Of a DNA stretch of 64,000 bases, positions 39,523 through 49,861 are shown piece after piece. Positions within the stretch are counted from its first letter, which is position 1. Each line of letters opens with the position of its first letter. Both the position numbers and the translations under genes were made by a program. The DNA comes from Candidatus Omnitrophota bacterium. Its GTDB lineage: Bacteria; Omnitrophota; Gorgyraeia; Duberdicusellales; 4484-171. The stretch spans positions 8,818-72,817 of the forward strand of contig JAQVMQ010000001.1 of NCBI GenBank assembly GCA_028703535.1, given 5' to 3'. The notes under the pieces were generated by a model that worked only from the letters and a program-made list of their open reading frames with translations, was not told where the DNA came from and made no database searches.

Positions 39523-40758
39523 TTAATCTGTAATGTCTGTCAGTCCCTCAGATAAAGTCGGATGCACAAAAAAATTGTTTTTAAATTTTTCTACTGTCAG
39601 ACCGGCTCGTACAGCAACCGATAATATGCTGATAAGCTCTGCTGCTTCGTTAGATAATATCCCTCCGCCGAGTAATTTACCGTCAATACCTTCAATTATA
39701 TATGCGAATCCGTCTAGATCATTATAAATATGCGCTGAAGCAAACCTGGCAAATGGTATCCGATATGTTTTCTTATGTACACCCCTATTTTTAGCCTCTT
39801 CTTCCGACATCCCTACACTGGCAGCCTGTGGTATCGAGAAAACACATTCAGGTATACCGTTAAGGTTTTCCTCAATATCCTTACCCAAGATATCAGCAAC
39901 ACATATCTTTGCATGATAGTCAGCTACATATGCAAGCATACAATGAGCATTAACATCACCGCACGCGTAAATATTCGATATATTTGTCCTTAACCGGGAA
40001 TCTGTGACTATCCATCCCTTATTCATCTTTATACCAAGCGTATCCAGACCCAGTCTATCTGTATTAGGTTTACGCCCTATCGCCGTTATAACATTATCAA
40101 ATTCAGAAAAATCAGATTCGCTGACTTCTCTGCCTGTAACTATCTTTATACCCGATCGAACCAATAAAGATTTAAGTCTATTTGTCAAGATCACAGGAAA
40201 ATTTACCAAAATTGACGGCTCTTTTTCATAAACTGTCACGTCGTAAAAGGCTTTATTAAGCATACAAGCAAACTCTATACCGATATAACCTCCGCCTACT
40301 ATAAGTATTCTTTTACCAAGACTCTCCGTGTTCAGGAAATTCTCTGATACTATCACTTTTTCATCATTAAATATCTTTACAGGTGACGAACCTACGGCAA
40401 TAACAATATTATTACCGTTGAACTTCTGATCAGCAATCGTTACCTCATTAGGACCTGATACAACACCTTTACCAACAACTATATCAACCCCGATTTTACG
40501 TAAAAACAGTATAACCGGTTCCCTTAATTTAGTTATGAATTCATTTTTTTCGGAAATTAAAGAAGGCCAGCTCATGCGTCCTGCATTCTTTAACATAAAT
40601 TTTGTTGGTATACAGCCGCTATTAAGACATATACCGCCTACGGCACTTACATCATCGACTGTCATAAGGACTTTAAGATTATGCCTGACAGCTTCTTTAG
40701 CGCAAGTCACTCCCGCAGGACCGCATCCGATAATCATTATATCGTATTTATTATCCAT
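39523..40758 (-). CDS. Class I pyridine nucleotide-disulfide oxidoreductase (short dihydrolipoamide dehydrogenase-like, 411 aa)
   Basis: FAD GxGxxG (IGCGPAG), redox CLNSGCIPTK, second Rossmann GGGYIG. Confidence 0.65.
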   Translation of the reverse strand: MDNKYDIMIIGCGPAGVTCAKEAVRHNLKVLMTVDDVSAVGGICLNSGCIPTKFMLKNAGRMSWPSLISEKNEFITKLREPVILFLRKIGVDIVVGKGVVSGPNEVTIADQKFNGNNIVIAVGSSPVKIFNDEKVIVSENFLNTESLGKRILIVGGGYIGIEFACMLNKAFYDVTVYEKEPSILVNFPVILTNRLKSLLVRSGIKIVTGREVSESDFSEFDNVITAIGRKPNTDRLGLDTLGIKMNKGWIVTDSRLRTNISNIYACGDVNAHCMLAYVADYHAKICVADILGKDIEENLNGIPECVFSIPQAASVGMSEEEAKNRGVHKKTYRIPFARFASAHIYNDLDGFAYIIEGIDGKLLGGGILSNEAAELISILSVAVRAGLTVEKFKNNFFVHPTLSEGLTDITD

Positions 40759-40766
40759 AAATATGT

Positions 40767-41681
40767 CTATAAACTATCTATCATCTCTTTAGTCTTTTCG
40801 GCTGATTTTAATAAATCCGTTTTTTCCTGTTCAGTTATAGTCAGCTCGACTATTTTTTCTATACCGTTTGAACCTATAACGGCCGGTACACCAAAGCATA
40901 TCCCCGATATGCCGTATTCACCCGTAAGAAACGCCGAAACCGCAAGTGTACGCTTATCGTTGTTCTTTATTGATACCAATATATCTAAAACACCCGCACT
41001 CGGTGAATAATAGGCACTTCCCGTTTTAAGATATTGTACAACCTCACCACCGCGAAATTTAGTTTTATCAACACACTCGTTTATCTCTTGTTCAGAAAGC
41101 ACATCTGTAATCTTTTTATCAGCAATGGTAGTCTTTGACAATAACGGCACCATACTGTCACCATGACAGGCAAGAACATATGTCTTGATCTTTGAACGCG
41201 GCACGCCTGTCTTTTCAGACAAAATATTAATAAATCGCGCACCGTCGAGTGTGCCTGCCATTCCGATAACTCTTGATTTATCAAACCCTGTTGTCTTAAG
41301 CATCTCATAAACCATAACATCAAGCGGATTGGTTACAACTATCACAAGCGCATCAGGACAGTTTACCTTTATTTTCTCAGCCACCGACCGTATAATATCT
41401 GCATTTTTCTTTATAAGATCATCTCTTGTCATACCAGGTTTACGGGCAAGACCTGCCGTCATAACCACAATATCTGAGCCGGCTATATCATCAAAATTTG
41501 TTGTTCCCAAAATTTTACGTTCATGTTTGACAATGGCTGCGGCATCAGACATATCTATCGCCTTACCTTTAGCCAATCCGTCAACAATGTCTACCAACAA
41601 AACGTCAGCTATATCTGATTCAGCTATACGCATAGCCAGCGTCGCACCGACATTACCTGCCCCTATAACACTTATCTTCAT
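40767..41681 (-). CDS. mdh: Malate dehydrogenase (LDH-like type)
   Basis: MKISVIGAGNVGATLA NAD-binding N-terminus, catalytic His context LACHGDSMVPL. Confidence 0.85.
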   Translation of the reverse strand: MKISVIGAGNVGATLAMRIAESDIADVLLVDIVDGLAKGKAIDMSDAAAIVKHERKILGTTNFDDIAGSDIVVMTAGLARKPGMTRDDLIKKNADIIRSVAEKIKVNCPDALVIVVTNPLDVMVYEMLKTTGFDKSRVIGMAGTLDGARFINILSEKTGVPRSKIKTYVLACHGDSMVPLLSKTTIADKKITDVLSEQEINECVDKTKFRGGEVVQYLKTGSAYYSPSAGVLDILVSIKNNDKRTLAVSAFLTGEYGISGICFGVPAVIGSNGIEKIVELTITEQEKTDLLKSAEKTKEMIDSL

Positions 41682-41794
41682 AAAAAAAGGCTCCTATATA
41701 ATTTTTCTTTGTTTTCCCCAATTCGCTTCGCTTTCGGGGCCAGCTAATACTCTATTTAGTTTCACATTTAACTCTTAATTCTTACGACGCATGC

Positions 41795-41848
41795 CTTCCC
41801 GCCACCCTATTACTATATATTTAGGCGGGTCCGTCTTCGGCGGAACGT
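41795..41848. repeat. GC-rich palindromic repeat, copy 3
   Basis: cttcccgccaccctattactatatatttaggcgggtccgtcttcggcggaac; ends 3 nt before icd stop codon. Confidence 0.6.
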
Positions 41849-41851
41849 CTT

Positions 41852-42943
41852 CTATCCTTGTATTTCCTTTACTATAGCATCAGCCATTTCTTGAGTACCG
41901 ACAGCACTGGGATCGTTCCTGTCCTCTTTAAGGTCATACGTTACGTATTTGCCGTCCTGTATAATCTTTATAACAGCGTTCTCAAGAATGTCCGCCGCTT
42001 TAGTTTCACCTAAATGACGCAGCATCAATACCGCCGACAAGATCGTAGCAGTAGCGTTAACCTTATTTTGCCCTGCGTATTTCGGAGCACTGCCATGCGT
42101 TGGTTCGAAGACCGCAATATCGGCGCCTATATTGGCACCTGCAGCAAGGCCCAACCCGCCGACAAGACCTGCACAAAGATCAGATAATATATCGCCGTAT
42201 AAGTTCTCCATAACCAAAACATCATAATTTTGCGGTACTTTAACCAACTGCATACACATATTATCAACTATAGTATCCCAATACTCAACACGCCCCTCAT
42301 ACTCTTTTGCTATATCATAGAATATCTTCAAGAACAATCCATCAGTAAATTTCATTATATTAGCTTTGTGCACACAATTCACACTTTTACGGCCGTTTTT
42401 AACTGCATATTCAAATGCCGCACGAACGATACGCTGAGTACCGAAAACAGAAATAGGTTTTATTGATACCGCGCTTTCTGCCGATATTTTTTTGTCAGAC
42501 ATCGCGTTTATCTCCGCAATAATCTTCTCTGTTTTTCTATCACCCAGCTCAAATTCTATACCCGCGTATAGATCTTCCGTGTTTTCTCTAAAAATAACCA
42601 AATCAATATTCTTATATTTGGCAAGTTTATCGGGTAAATACGTTTTTATAGGCCTAACACAGGCAAAAAGATCGAACATCTGTCTTATAGTAACGTTAAT
42701 CGAACGGAAACCTTTACCTACAGGTGTAGTTATCGGCCCTTTAATGGCTATTTTATTTTTACGGATCGACTCTATAGTCACCTCTGGCAAAAGTGAATTA
42801 TATTCGCCAAGCGCATTTTCACCCGCAGGCATACTCTCCCACTTGATATCGAGGTTTAATGCATCGACACATTTAACCATAGCTTGAGTAACCTCCGGGC
42901 CTATACCATCACCCGGCAATAATGTTACAGTATATTTACTCAT
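41852..42943 (-). CDS. Isocitrate/isopropylmalate dehydrogenase family enzyme (most likely NAD-dependent isocitrate dehydrogenase)
   Basis: LPGDGIGPEV N-terminus, NLYGDILSDL and GSAPKYAG motifs; assignment IDH vs LeuB not decidable by eye. Confidence 0.75.
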   Translation of the reverse strand: MSKYTVTLLPGDGIGPEVTQAMVKCVDALNLDIKWESMPAGENALGEYNSLLPEVTIESIRKNKIAIKGPITTPVGKGFRSINVTIRQMFDLFACVRPIKTYLPDKLAKYKNIDLVIFRENTEDLYAGIEFELGDRKTEKIIAEINAMSDKKISAESAVSIKPISVFGTQRIVRAAFEYAVKNGRKSVNCVHKANIMKFTDGLFLKIFYDIAKEYEGRVEYWDTIVDNMCMQLVKVPQNYDVLVMENLYGDILSDLCAGLVGGLGLAAGANIGADIAVFEPTHGSAPKYAGQNKVNATATILSAVLMLRHLGETKAADILENAVIKIIQDGKYVTYDLKEDRNDPSAVGTQEMADAIVKEIQG

Positions 42944-43204
42944 AGCTGCTCCTTGTTTAGTTTTTCGCCATCAGCTCTTAGCCTTTAGCTCTATTTGATT
43001 TTTCCCGATTCGCTTTTTTCTACTTCTCGAGACCGGTTTACATATTAAAATATATGTTTCCGAAAAATAAAAATCCATCAAAAATTTATTCACCTTTTCT
43101 GACACCAATATTATATGTCTTTAAATCAATGAGGTACTAACGACTAAAGACTATCCATCAACACCTATTCAGCTAACGGCTAATAGCCAAAAGCTAAAGG
43201 CTTA

Positions 43205-44254
43205 TTATAGACTATCAAATTCGGCTTCGTTACGAACCTTACTAACAGCCGCTTCTTTTGTTATCAAGCCTTTCTTATAAAATTCTTTTAAACATTTATC
43301 CATCGTATGCATGCCGTACTGTGCCCCCATCTGTATCAATGACGGTAACTGTGCTATTTCACCTTCACGAATAAGATTACGTACACCAGAGCTTGATATC
43401 ATTACCTCAGTGGCAAGTATACGCCCGTCACCTTCGGCACGCGGCAATAATATTTGTGAGATAACACCCTGTAAACAGTCAGCAAGCTGTACTCGCACCT
43501 GTTTCTGTTGGTAAGGCGGAAATACATCAATTATACGCTGTATAGTCTGCGGCGCATCAGGTGTATGCAAAGTAGCCAATACTAAATGACCCGTTTCAGC
43601 GGCAGTAAGCGTCGTCGAAATAGTTTCGAGATCCCGCATTTCACCCACAACAATCACGTCCGGGTCTTGCCGTAAAACACGGCGCAACGCCTCAGGAAAC
43701 GAATGAGTATCATAATGAACCTCACGCTGTTTTACTATACTCTTTTTATTTGTATGGTAAAACTCTATCGGATCTTCAATACAGATTATCATCTCCTGAC
43801 GTTCTCGATTTACTACGTCAAGCATAGCAGCCATAGTCGTACTTTTACCTGTACCCGTAGGCCCTGTAACAAGCACCAACCCATTAGGCCTACGCAATAG
43901 ATCATATACGACATTGGGCAGTCCAAGAGTCTCTATAGACGGGATAACTTTGGGTATACGTCTAAATGCCGCCTCAACACTGCCTCGCTGATAATGAACA
44001 TTAACACGGAACCGGTCCATATCAGGCAAAGCAAAAGAAAAATCCAACTCTTTATCACGTTCAAGCATAGATTTATGGTCATCAGTTAAAATACCATAGA
44101 TCATCTGTTTTATTTCATCATCATCAATCGTAGGTAAATTAGTAAAATGGAGTTTACCGTCAATACGTAATACCGGAGAGCGCTGTACTGTTAAATGCAA
44201 GTCACTTGCATTCTGCTGCATAGTCATCTTTAGTAGCATATTGATATTCAACAT
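43205..44254 (-). CDS. pilT: Type IV pilus retraction ATPase PilT
   Basis: Walker A GPTGTGKSTT, Asp box, His box, ASDLHL N-terminal motif. Confidence 0.85.
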   Translation of the reverse strand: MLNINMLLKMTMQQNASDLHLTVQRSPVLRIDGKLHFTNLPTIDDDEIKQMIYGILTDDHKSMLERDKELDFSFALPDMDRFRVNVHYQRGSVEAAFRRIPKVIPSIETLGLPNVVYDLLRRPNGLVLVTGPTGTGKSTTMAAMLDVVNRERQEMIICIEDPIEFYHTNKKSIVKQREVHYDTHSFPEALRRVLRQDPDVIVVGEMRDLETISTTLTAAETGHLVLATLHTPDAPQTIQRIIDVFPPYQQKQVRVQLADCLQGVISQILLPRAEGDGRILATEVMISSSGVRNLIREGEIAQLPSLIQMGAQYGMHTMDKCLKEFYKKGLITKEAAVSKVRNEAEFDSL

Positions 44255-44266
44255 ATAACTCCTTTA

Positions 44267-45532
44267 TTACTTAATTGCCGGACATCCTATCTTACCATGT
44301 ATCGCCGAAAACGCTACATTAGCAGATGACGCAATATAAATTTCTGATTTCTCGTTCCCCATAACGCCACGGGAATTATCGTCGCCCGAGGATATACATA
44401 CATCACCGTCACAAAGTACTCCCTGATGAATACCGTTTGACGGGCCATAACCAACAGGTAATATTATCGCGCCGGAAGCCGATAGCGTACGTATATACCC
44501 TTTATCTAAAGAACTTTTAAAAATCTCCGATGTAGCCGGCGCAATATAAAATTTAACATTACTTTTAACTTTATGCCCTTTTAATATTTTAGCCGCATTT
44601 TTTATATCTTCAAGACTTGAATTAGCGCATCCTGCTATAACAGCCTGAGTTATTTTTCTATCAACAGATTTCTTTATATCAGTAACATTATATATACTAT
44701 GCGGATTAGCTATCTGCGGGCCAATCTGGGAAACATCAAATTCCAATATCTCACTATATTTACAATCAATATCCGAATAAACAGGCTTAGTTTGTTTCAC
44801 TAATATCTCGGCAAGATATGAATACACCACTTTATTTGGCGCTAAAACCGCACTTACAGCGTTTAATGAACTTGACATCGCCGTAATAGTAAATCTATCA
44901 GCTAAAGACAAACTGTCGATAAAACTTCCCGAAAACTCTATTACACGTCCCTTAGCATAATCCGGACCCAAATTCCCTATAATAGATAGCATTACGTCTT
45001 TAGGGTATACAGTTTTTTTTAATTTACCTGATAGAATAATTTTCATTGTCTCGGGAACCACACATTTTAACGTGCCGGTGCCAAAGAAATTTGAGATATC
45101 CTCCGCTGTCACGTTTAAACCTAAGGCGCCTAACGCACCCGCAGTCGAAACAAACTTAGCTGTCCCTGTCAAAAGAGTGCCCGGAATAGCCAGCCCGGTC
45201 TCAGCTATTACATGGTGGGATATCCCGCGTCCGACATCAAAAATATTGCTGTTATTTTCTTTAGCAAACAAGCGGATAGACCCGTGGACAGAAGCCGACT
45301 CGACATTCGAGCAAGGGCTCATATGGTCAAAAAAGAAAGCAAATTTTTTGAAATTCTTTTTATTAACTTTATTCTTATGAAAATTAGAGATAATGTTTTT
45401 ACCGGTCAAATCATCAGCAAACGCAAAATCAATTTTAGCATTAACATTTGTGCCTGCATTACATTTTATACCAGACTTATTTGAAAAAATTTTTTCGGCT
45501 ATTGTCTTTGCCATTATTCCCCCTTTTGGCAA
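44267..45532 (-). CDS. Aconitase-family large subunit (LeuC/homoaconitase-like), no adjacent small subunit
   Basis: LeuC-like N-terminus MAKTIAEKIF, Cys context AGCANSS, atypical CDGDVC spacing. Confidence 0.6.
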   Translation of the reverse strand: MPKGGIMAKTIAEKIFSNKSGIKCNAGTNVNAKIDFAFADDLTGKNIISNFHKNKVNKKNFKKFAFFFDHMSPCSNVESASVHGSIRLFAKENNSNIFDVGRGISHHVIAETGLAIPGTLLTGTAKFVSTAGALGALGLNVTAEDISNFFGTGTLKCVVPETMKIILSGKLKKTVYPKDVMLSIIGNLGPDYAKGRVIEFSGSFIDSLSLADRFTITAMSSSLNAVSAVLAPNKVVYSYLAEILVKQTKPVYSDIDCKYSEILEFDVSQIGPQIANPHSIYNVTDIKKSVDRKITQAVIAGCANSSLEDIKNAAKILKGHKVKSNVKFYIAPATSEIFKSSLDKGYIRTLSASGAIILPVGYGPSNGIHQGVLCDGDVCISSGDDNSRGVMGNEKSEIYIASSANVAFSAIHGKIGCPAIK

Positions 45533-45543
45533 GAAACGGTAAC

Positions 45544-46707
45544 TTACAAAGATTCAACAAATTCTTTTATCCTGATGATGCCTTTGTTTATCTGATCACT
45601 ACTTGTTGCGAAGCTCAACCTTACAAACCCATCCGCCCCAAAAGAATCTGCGGGTATGCACGATACAAGTTTTTCTTCAAGCAGCCTAGAAGCAAAATCA
45701 AAGGAACTTAATCCTGTGCCGCTTACGTCACAAAACATATAGAACGTACCATTTGATTTCATTGGCTTAAAATTCTTTATACCTGATAACCCCTTGTAAA
45801 GCAAATCACGTCTGTTCTGGAATTCTTTCTGTATTTGTGCCTGCCATGTTATATCAGCCAATGCCGCAATCGCAGCATGCTGTGATATTGTGCACGAACA
45901 TGAAGTTGTATGGTCAATTATCTTAGACGCATGTCCTATAAATTCATCATTGGCGACAAGATAACCCAAACGCCAACCGGTCATAGAAAAAGCCTTTGAA
46001 AAACCGTTAACCGTAATAGTTAAATCTTGAGCGCCCGGCAAAGAAGCAAAACTTACATGATCAGACCCGTCATATATTAATTTCTCGTATATTTCGTCAC
46101 TTAAAACGTAAAAATTATTTTTTTTAGCAATCTTAAGTATCTCTTCTAACTCTTCTTTAGTATAAGTAACACCTGTAGGATTCGACGGATAATTTAATAT
46201 CAAGACACGCGTTTTACTAGTTACGGCCTTGGCCAATTCAGACGGTTTGAGTTTAAACCCGTCTTCCTGTCTAGTAGCCACATTCACCATCCTAGCACCT
46301 AACAAAGCCGCCATCTCAGGATAACTCACCCAATAAGGAACAGGAACAATTATCTCATCGCCCGGCTCGACAACCGTTAATAATCCCACGTAAATAGCAT
46401 ATTTCGCACCGGCAGTAACAATAATGTTAGCCGCAGATACGTTCATACCATTTTCGTCATTTAATTTTTTAGCGATAGCTTCACGTAAAGCCGGCAATCC
46501 GGCAGACGGTGTGTATTTAGTGAACCCCTTATCAATAGCAATCTTTGCAGCCTGCTTTATAAAATCAGGCGTGTCAAAATCAGGTTCACCAGCCGCAAAA
46601 TTAACGACATCTTTTCCCTGGCTTACCATCTTTTTAGTCAATGCCGTAATTTTCAGCGTAGCGGATTTATTTAATTTCTCTACGTTAGAGTTAATTTTGT
46701 TTAGCAT
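45544..46707 (-). CDS. Class I PLP-dependent aminotransferase (aspartate aminotransferase-like)
   Basis: PLP lysine context NGFSKAFSMTGWRLGY, N-terminal arm. Confidence 0.8.
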   Translation of the reverse strand: MLNKINSNVEKLNKSATLKITALTKKMVSQGKDVVNFAAGEPDFDTPDFIKQAAKIAIDKGFTKYTPSAGLPALREAIAKKLNDENGMNVSAANIIVTAGAKYAIYVGLLTVVEPGDEIIVPVPYWVSYPEMAALLGARMVNVATRQEDGFKLKPSELAKAVTSKTRVLILNYPSNPTGVTYTKEELEEILKIAKKNNFYVLSDEIYEKLIYDGSDHVSFASLPGAQDLTITVNGFSKAFSMTGWRLGYLVANDEFIGHASKIIDHTTSCSCTISQHAAIAALADITWQAQIQKEFQNRRDLLYKGLSGIKNFKPMKSNGTFYMFCDVSGTGLSSFDFASRLLEEKLVSCIPADSFGADGFVRLSFATSSDQINKGIIRIKEFVESL

Positions 46708-46716
46708 AAACCTGAA

Positions 46717-47277
46717 TTATTTTTTCTTAGGTTCTTTTTCAGCCTTTATTTTCCCTTTAATGTTTTTTTCTTCCTTAGGTTTACGTTTGAAAACTTTTTT
46801 CACATTCTCAGATATCTTTTTAGCCTTACGCTCAACAGCAACCTTTTTAGACTCTGTCTCCTGCTCTTTTATACGATCCTCGCTTATGTTTTCTTTTTGC
46901 TCACGAACTTTTTTAGTAACATCTGTTTTGGTTAACTCTAAAATCGACATTTTAGCGGCGTCACCTTTTCTGAACCCCATAGCCAATACTCTTGTGTAAC
47001 CGCCTGTTATATCTTTAAAACGCGGAGCAATATCATCAAAAAGTTTCTTAACAAGATTGTGGTCCTGCAAATAACTAAAAGCCAAACGTCTGTAATGTAA
47101 CGTATCTTTCTTCCCCCAAGTTATTAATTTATCCGCCGCAGAGCGTAAAGCTTTAGCTTTGGACTCAGTTGTTTTTATCCGCTCAGATATAACCAACGCC
47201 TGCAAAAGAGATTTAACAAGCGCGCGACGCTGACTATATGAACGTGAAAACTTCTCACTTTTCGTACGATGCCTCAT
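46717..47277 (-). CDS. rplQ: 50S ribosomal protein L17 with about 60-aa Lys/Glu-rich C-terminal extension
   Basis: L17 core MRHRTKSEKFSRSYSQRRALVKSL... then K/E-rich tail. Confidence 0.9.
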   Translation of the reverse strand: MRHRTKSEKFSRSYSQRRALVKSLLQALVISERIKTTESKAKALRSAADKLITWGKKDTLHYRRLAFSYLQDHNLVKKLFDDIAPRFKDITGGYTRVLAMGFRKGDAAKMSILELTKTDVTKKVREQKENISEDRIKEQETESKKVAVERKAKKISENVKKVFKRKPKEEKNIKGKIKAEKEPKKK

Positions 47278-48260
47278 AACGACTCCATCTTTTTCCGGTC
47301 AAATTCCGTACCTAACGTCAAACCCATTGTTTTTATCAATTCACCAACTTCGGTTAAAGATTTCTTTCCGAAATTTCTAAAAGCCAGCATTTCAGCTTCA
47401 GATTTTTCCACCAGATCAGCCAATATTTTAATATTTGCTTCACGCAAACAGTTAGCGCTGCGCACCGAAAGTTCAAGCTCTGTTATCGGTATGCGTAATT
47501 TTTCATAAAGAGATATTTCTTCCGGTGTAAGATCATCGATCTCTTCTTCCGCTATATCACCTAAAGTGAAAAATAACTCAAGATGCTTACTTAAAACTTT
47601 CGCGCTGTATATCAATGCTTCTTTAGGTTCAATACTTGCGTTAGTAAATATCTCGATATTGAGTTTATCATAATCGGTCCGCTTACCTACACGTGTGTTA
47701 TCAACACTGAACGCGACACGCTTAACAGGCGTAAAAATAGAATCAATCGCAATAACTCCAATCGGCATATCTTCACGTTTATTCATATCCGCAGGCACAA
47801 ACCCACGGCCCCGGCCTACTTCCATCTCAATTTCAAGTTTAGCTTTTGGGTCGGTCAAGGTTGCAATATGCAAATCAGGATTTATAATCTCGATACTTTC
47901 GTCTGTTTCTATGTCACGCGCTTTAACTTCGCATTCGCCTTTAGCTTTTATATATATCTTGCGAGGCGCTTTAGAATACGAACGTAAAACAACGTTCTTA
48001 ATATTCAAAATAAGCTCTGTAACATCCTCCATTACACCGTCAATAGCATCAAACTCGTGCGGAACACCTTCGATCTTTATTGAAGTAACCGCGGCTCCTT
48101 CAATTGAAGATAACAAAACACGTCTAAACGCGTTCCCTAAAGTTACGCCGTATCCTCTTTCAAGCGGCTCGGCAACAAATTTACCATAGTTCGGTGCATA
48201 TGTTTCCTGTTCAACCGCTATCCGTTTTGGGAATTGAAAATCACGCCATGTTATACCCAT
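47274..48260 (-). CDS. rpoA: DNA-directed RNA polymerase alpha subunit
   Basis: N-terminal dimerisation domain and C-terminal CTD (LELSVRSANCL). Confidence 0.95.
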   Translation of the reverse strand: MGITWRDFQFPKRIAVEQETYAPNYGKFVAEPLERGYGVTLGNAFRRVLLSSIEGAAVTSIKIEGVPHEFDAIDGVMEDVTELILNIKNVVLRSYSKAPRKIYIKAKGECEVKARDIETDESIEIINPDLHIATLTDPKAKLEIEMEVGRGRGFVPADMNKREDMPIGVIAIDSIFTPVKRVAFSVDNTRVGKRTDYDKLNIEIFTNASIEPKEALIYSAKVLSKHLELFFTLGDIAEEEIDDLTPEEISLYEKLRIPITELELSVRSANCLREANIKILADLVEKSEAEMLAFRNFGKKSLTEVGELIKTMGLTLGTEFDRKKMESL

Positions 48261-48278
48261 CTTATTACCTCCAAATTA

Positions 48279-48908
48279 TTACTTCGAGTAAAGTTCTACA
48301 ATCAACTGTTCATCAATTGAAACACCGATATCATCTTTCTCCGGAAATCTTACTATTTTTATCTTTAGATTATCATGATCAACCTGCATCCATGTAGGAA
48401 CACTTCTTTCTTTTTGCGCATTCTCAACATTAGCTCTTATTAATTTAGCCATTTTTTCTGTTGGCCGTATTTCTATCTCCTGAGATTCCGATACAAAATA
48501 AGAAGGGATATCTACTCTTTTACCCTTGGTAAATACAAAACCATGACGTATTATCTGACGCGCTTGAGTACGTGAATTAGCTAATAACGAACGGTACACT
48601 ACATTATCAAGCCTGCGCTCTAACAACTGTAAAAGTACTTTACCCGTAACGCCTTTATTTCTTACGGCAAGCGCAAAAAATCTTCTGAACTGTTTTTCAA
48701 GCATACCGTAAAATCTTTTCACTTTCTGTTTTTCCCGCAGCTGCATAGCGTAATATGACGGCTTAGACATCATACCCTTACGCATACCCGGCGGGTTAGG
48801 CCGCTTGGTAAACGCGCATTTCTCAGTATTACACCTGGCTCCCTTTATGAAAAGCTTGGTGCCTTCACGTCTGCATAATCTACATTTTGCCTTTAAATAT
48901 CTTCCCAT
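48279..48908 (-). CDS. rpsD: 30S ribosomal protein S4
   Basis: MGRYLKAKCRLCRREG zinc-type N-terminus, S4 domain. Confidence 0.95.
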   Translation of the reverse strand: MGRYLKAKCRLCRREGTKLFIKGARCNTEKCAFTKRPNPPGMRKGMMSKPSYYAMQLREKQKVKRFYGMLEKQFRRFFALAVRNKGVTGKVLLQLLERRLDNVVYRSLLANSRTQARQIIRHGFVFTKGKRVDIPSYFVSESQEIEIRPTEKMAKLIRANVENAQKERSVPTWMQVDHDNLKIKIVRFPEKDDIGVSIDEQLIVELYSK

Positions 48909-48929
48909 TTCTTATCCTCTCTTAATTTT

Positions 48930-49319
48930 TTATACACGCCGTTTCTTTTTCGGTCTGCATCCGTTATGCGGAATAGGAGTAATATCCTTAACACGCTTAA
49001 CACTAAGCCCGCCGGACTGTAAGGACCTTACCGCAGACTCACGTCCCGGTCCGGGACCCTTGACAAAAACCTCAACATCAACCAAACCCATATCTTTAGC
49101 ACGCTTTGCGACATTAAACGATGCCATCTGAGCAGCATACGGTGTAGATTTTTTAGCACCTTTAAAACCTACCATACCTGCTGAAGCCCATGCTATGGCG
49201 TTACCCGCTTTATCAGTTACGGTAACAATGGTATTATTAAATGACGCGTGTATATGCACTTCGCCAGACGTTGAAGTCAAACTTATCTTCTTTTTCTTCT
49301 CTCTTTTACGTTTTGCCAT
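48930..49319 (-). CDS. rpsK: 30S ribosomal protein S11
   Basis: [16 protein letters not shown]-terminal [10 protein letters not shown]. Confidence 0.95.
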   Translation of the reverse strand: MAKRKREKKKKISLTSTSGEVHIHASFNNTIVTVTDKAGNAIAWASAGMVGFKGAKKSTPYAAQMASFNVAKRAKDMGLVDVEVFVKGPGPGRESAVRSLQSGGLSVKRVKDITPIPHNGCRPKKKRRV

Positions 49320-49332
49320 ACAGTCTCCCTAT

Positions 49333-49704
49333 TTACTTCTTTTTTAATCCGCCAACACGCGGCTTAGTGCCTTTACGTGTACGCGCGTTACATTTAGTTC
49401 TCTGTCCGCGAACAGGAAGTTTACGTCTATGACGCAAGCCTCTGTAAGCCCCAATCTCCATAAGACGTCTTATATTTTGAGATACCTCGCGTCTTAGCTC
49501 ACCTTCGACTTTATAATTATCTTGTAAATACGCCGTTAAACGCGCGAGTTCTTCATCAGTAAGATCTTTTGCTTTTTTATCAAGATCTATTTTTACCATA
49601 TTAAGTATCTCAATAGCATTGACCGGACCTACACCATATAGATAACGTAACGCAATCGAAATTTTCTTATTTTTTGGTATATCAACACCTAAGATTCTTG
49701 GCAT
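49333..49704 (-). CDS. rpsM: 30S ribosomal protein S13
   Basis: MPRILGVDIP...GLRHRRKLPVRGQRT. Confidence 0.95.
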   Translation of the reverse strand: MPRILGVDIPKNKKISIALRYLYGVGPVNAIEILNMVKIDLDKKAKDLTDEELARLTAYLQDNYKVEGELRREVSQNIRRLMEIGAYRGLRHRRKLPVRGQRTKCNARTRKGTKPRVGGLKKK

Positions 49705-49715
49705 ATCGTTCCTCC

Positions 49716-49829
49716 TTAACCCTGTCTTTGTTTATGTTTCGGATTCTCACATATAACACGAACTACACGTTTGCGTTTTATCACTTTACACTTATTACAC
49801 ATTTTTTTTACTGACGCTCTAACTTTCAT
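49716..49829 (-). CDS. rpmJ: 50S ribosomal protein L36 (37 aa, zinc type)
   Basis: Hand translation of minus strand: [37 protein letters not shown]; not in supplied ORF track (below length cutoff). Confidence 0.9.
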   Translation of the reverse strand: MKVRASVKKMCNKCKVIKRKRVVRVICENPKHKQRQG

Positions 49830-49861
49830 TTTCTTAGTCCCTGTTTTAAATTATATTACTC

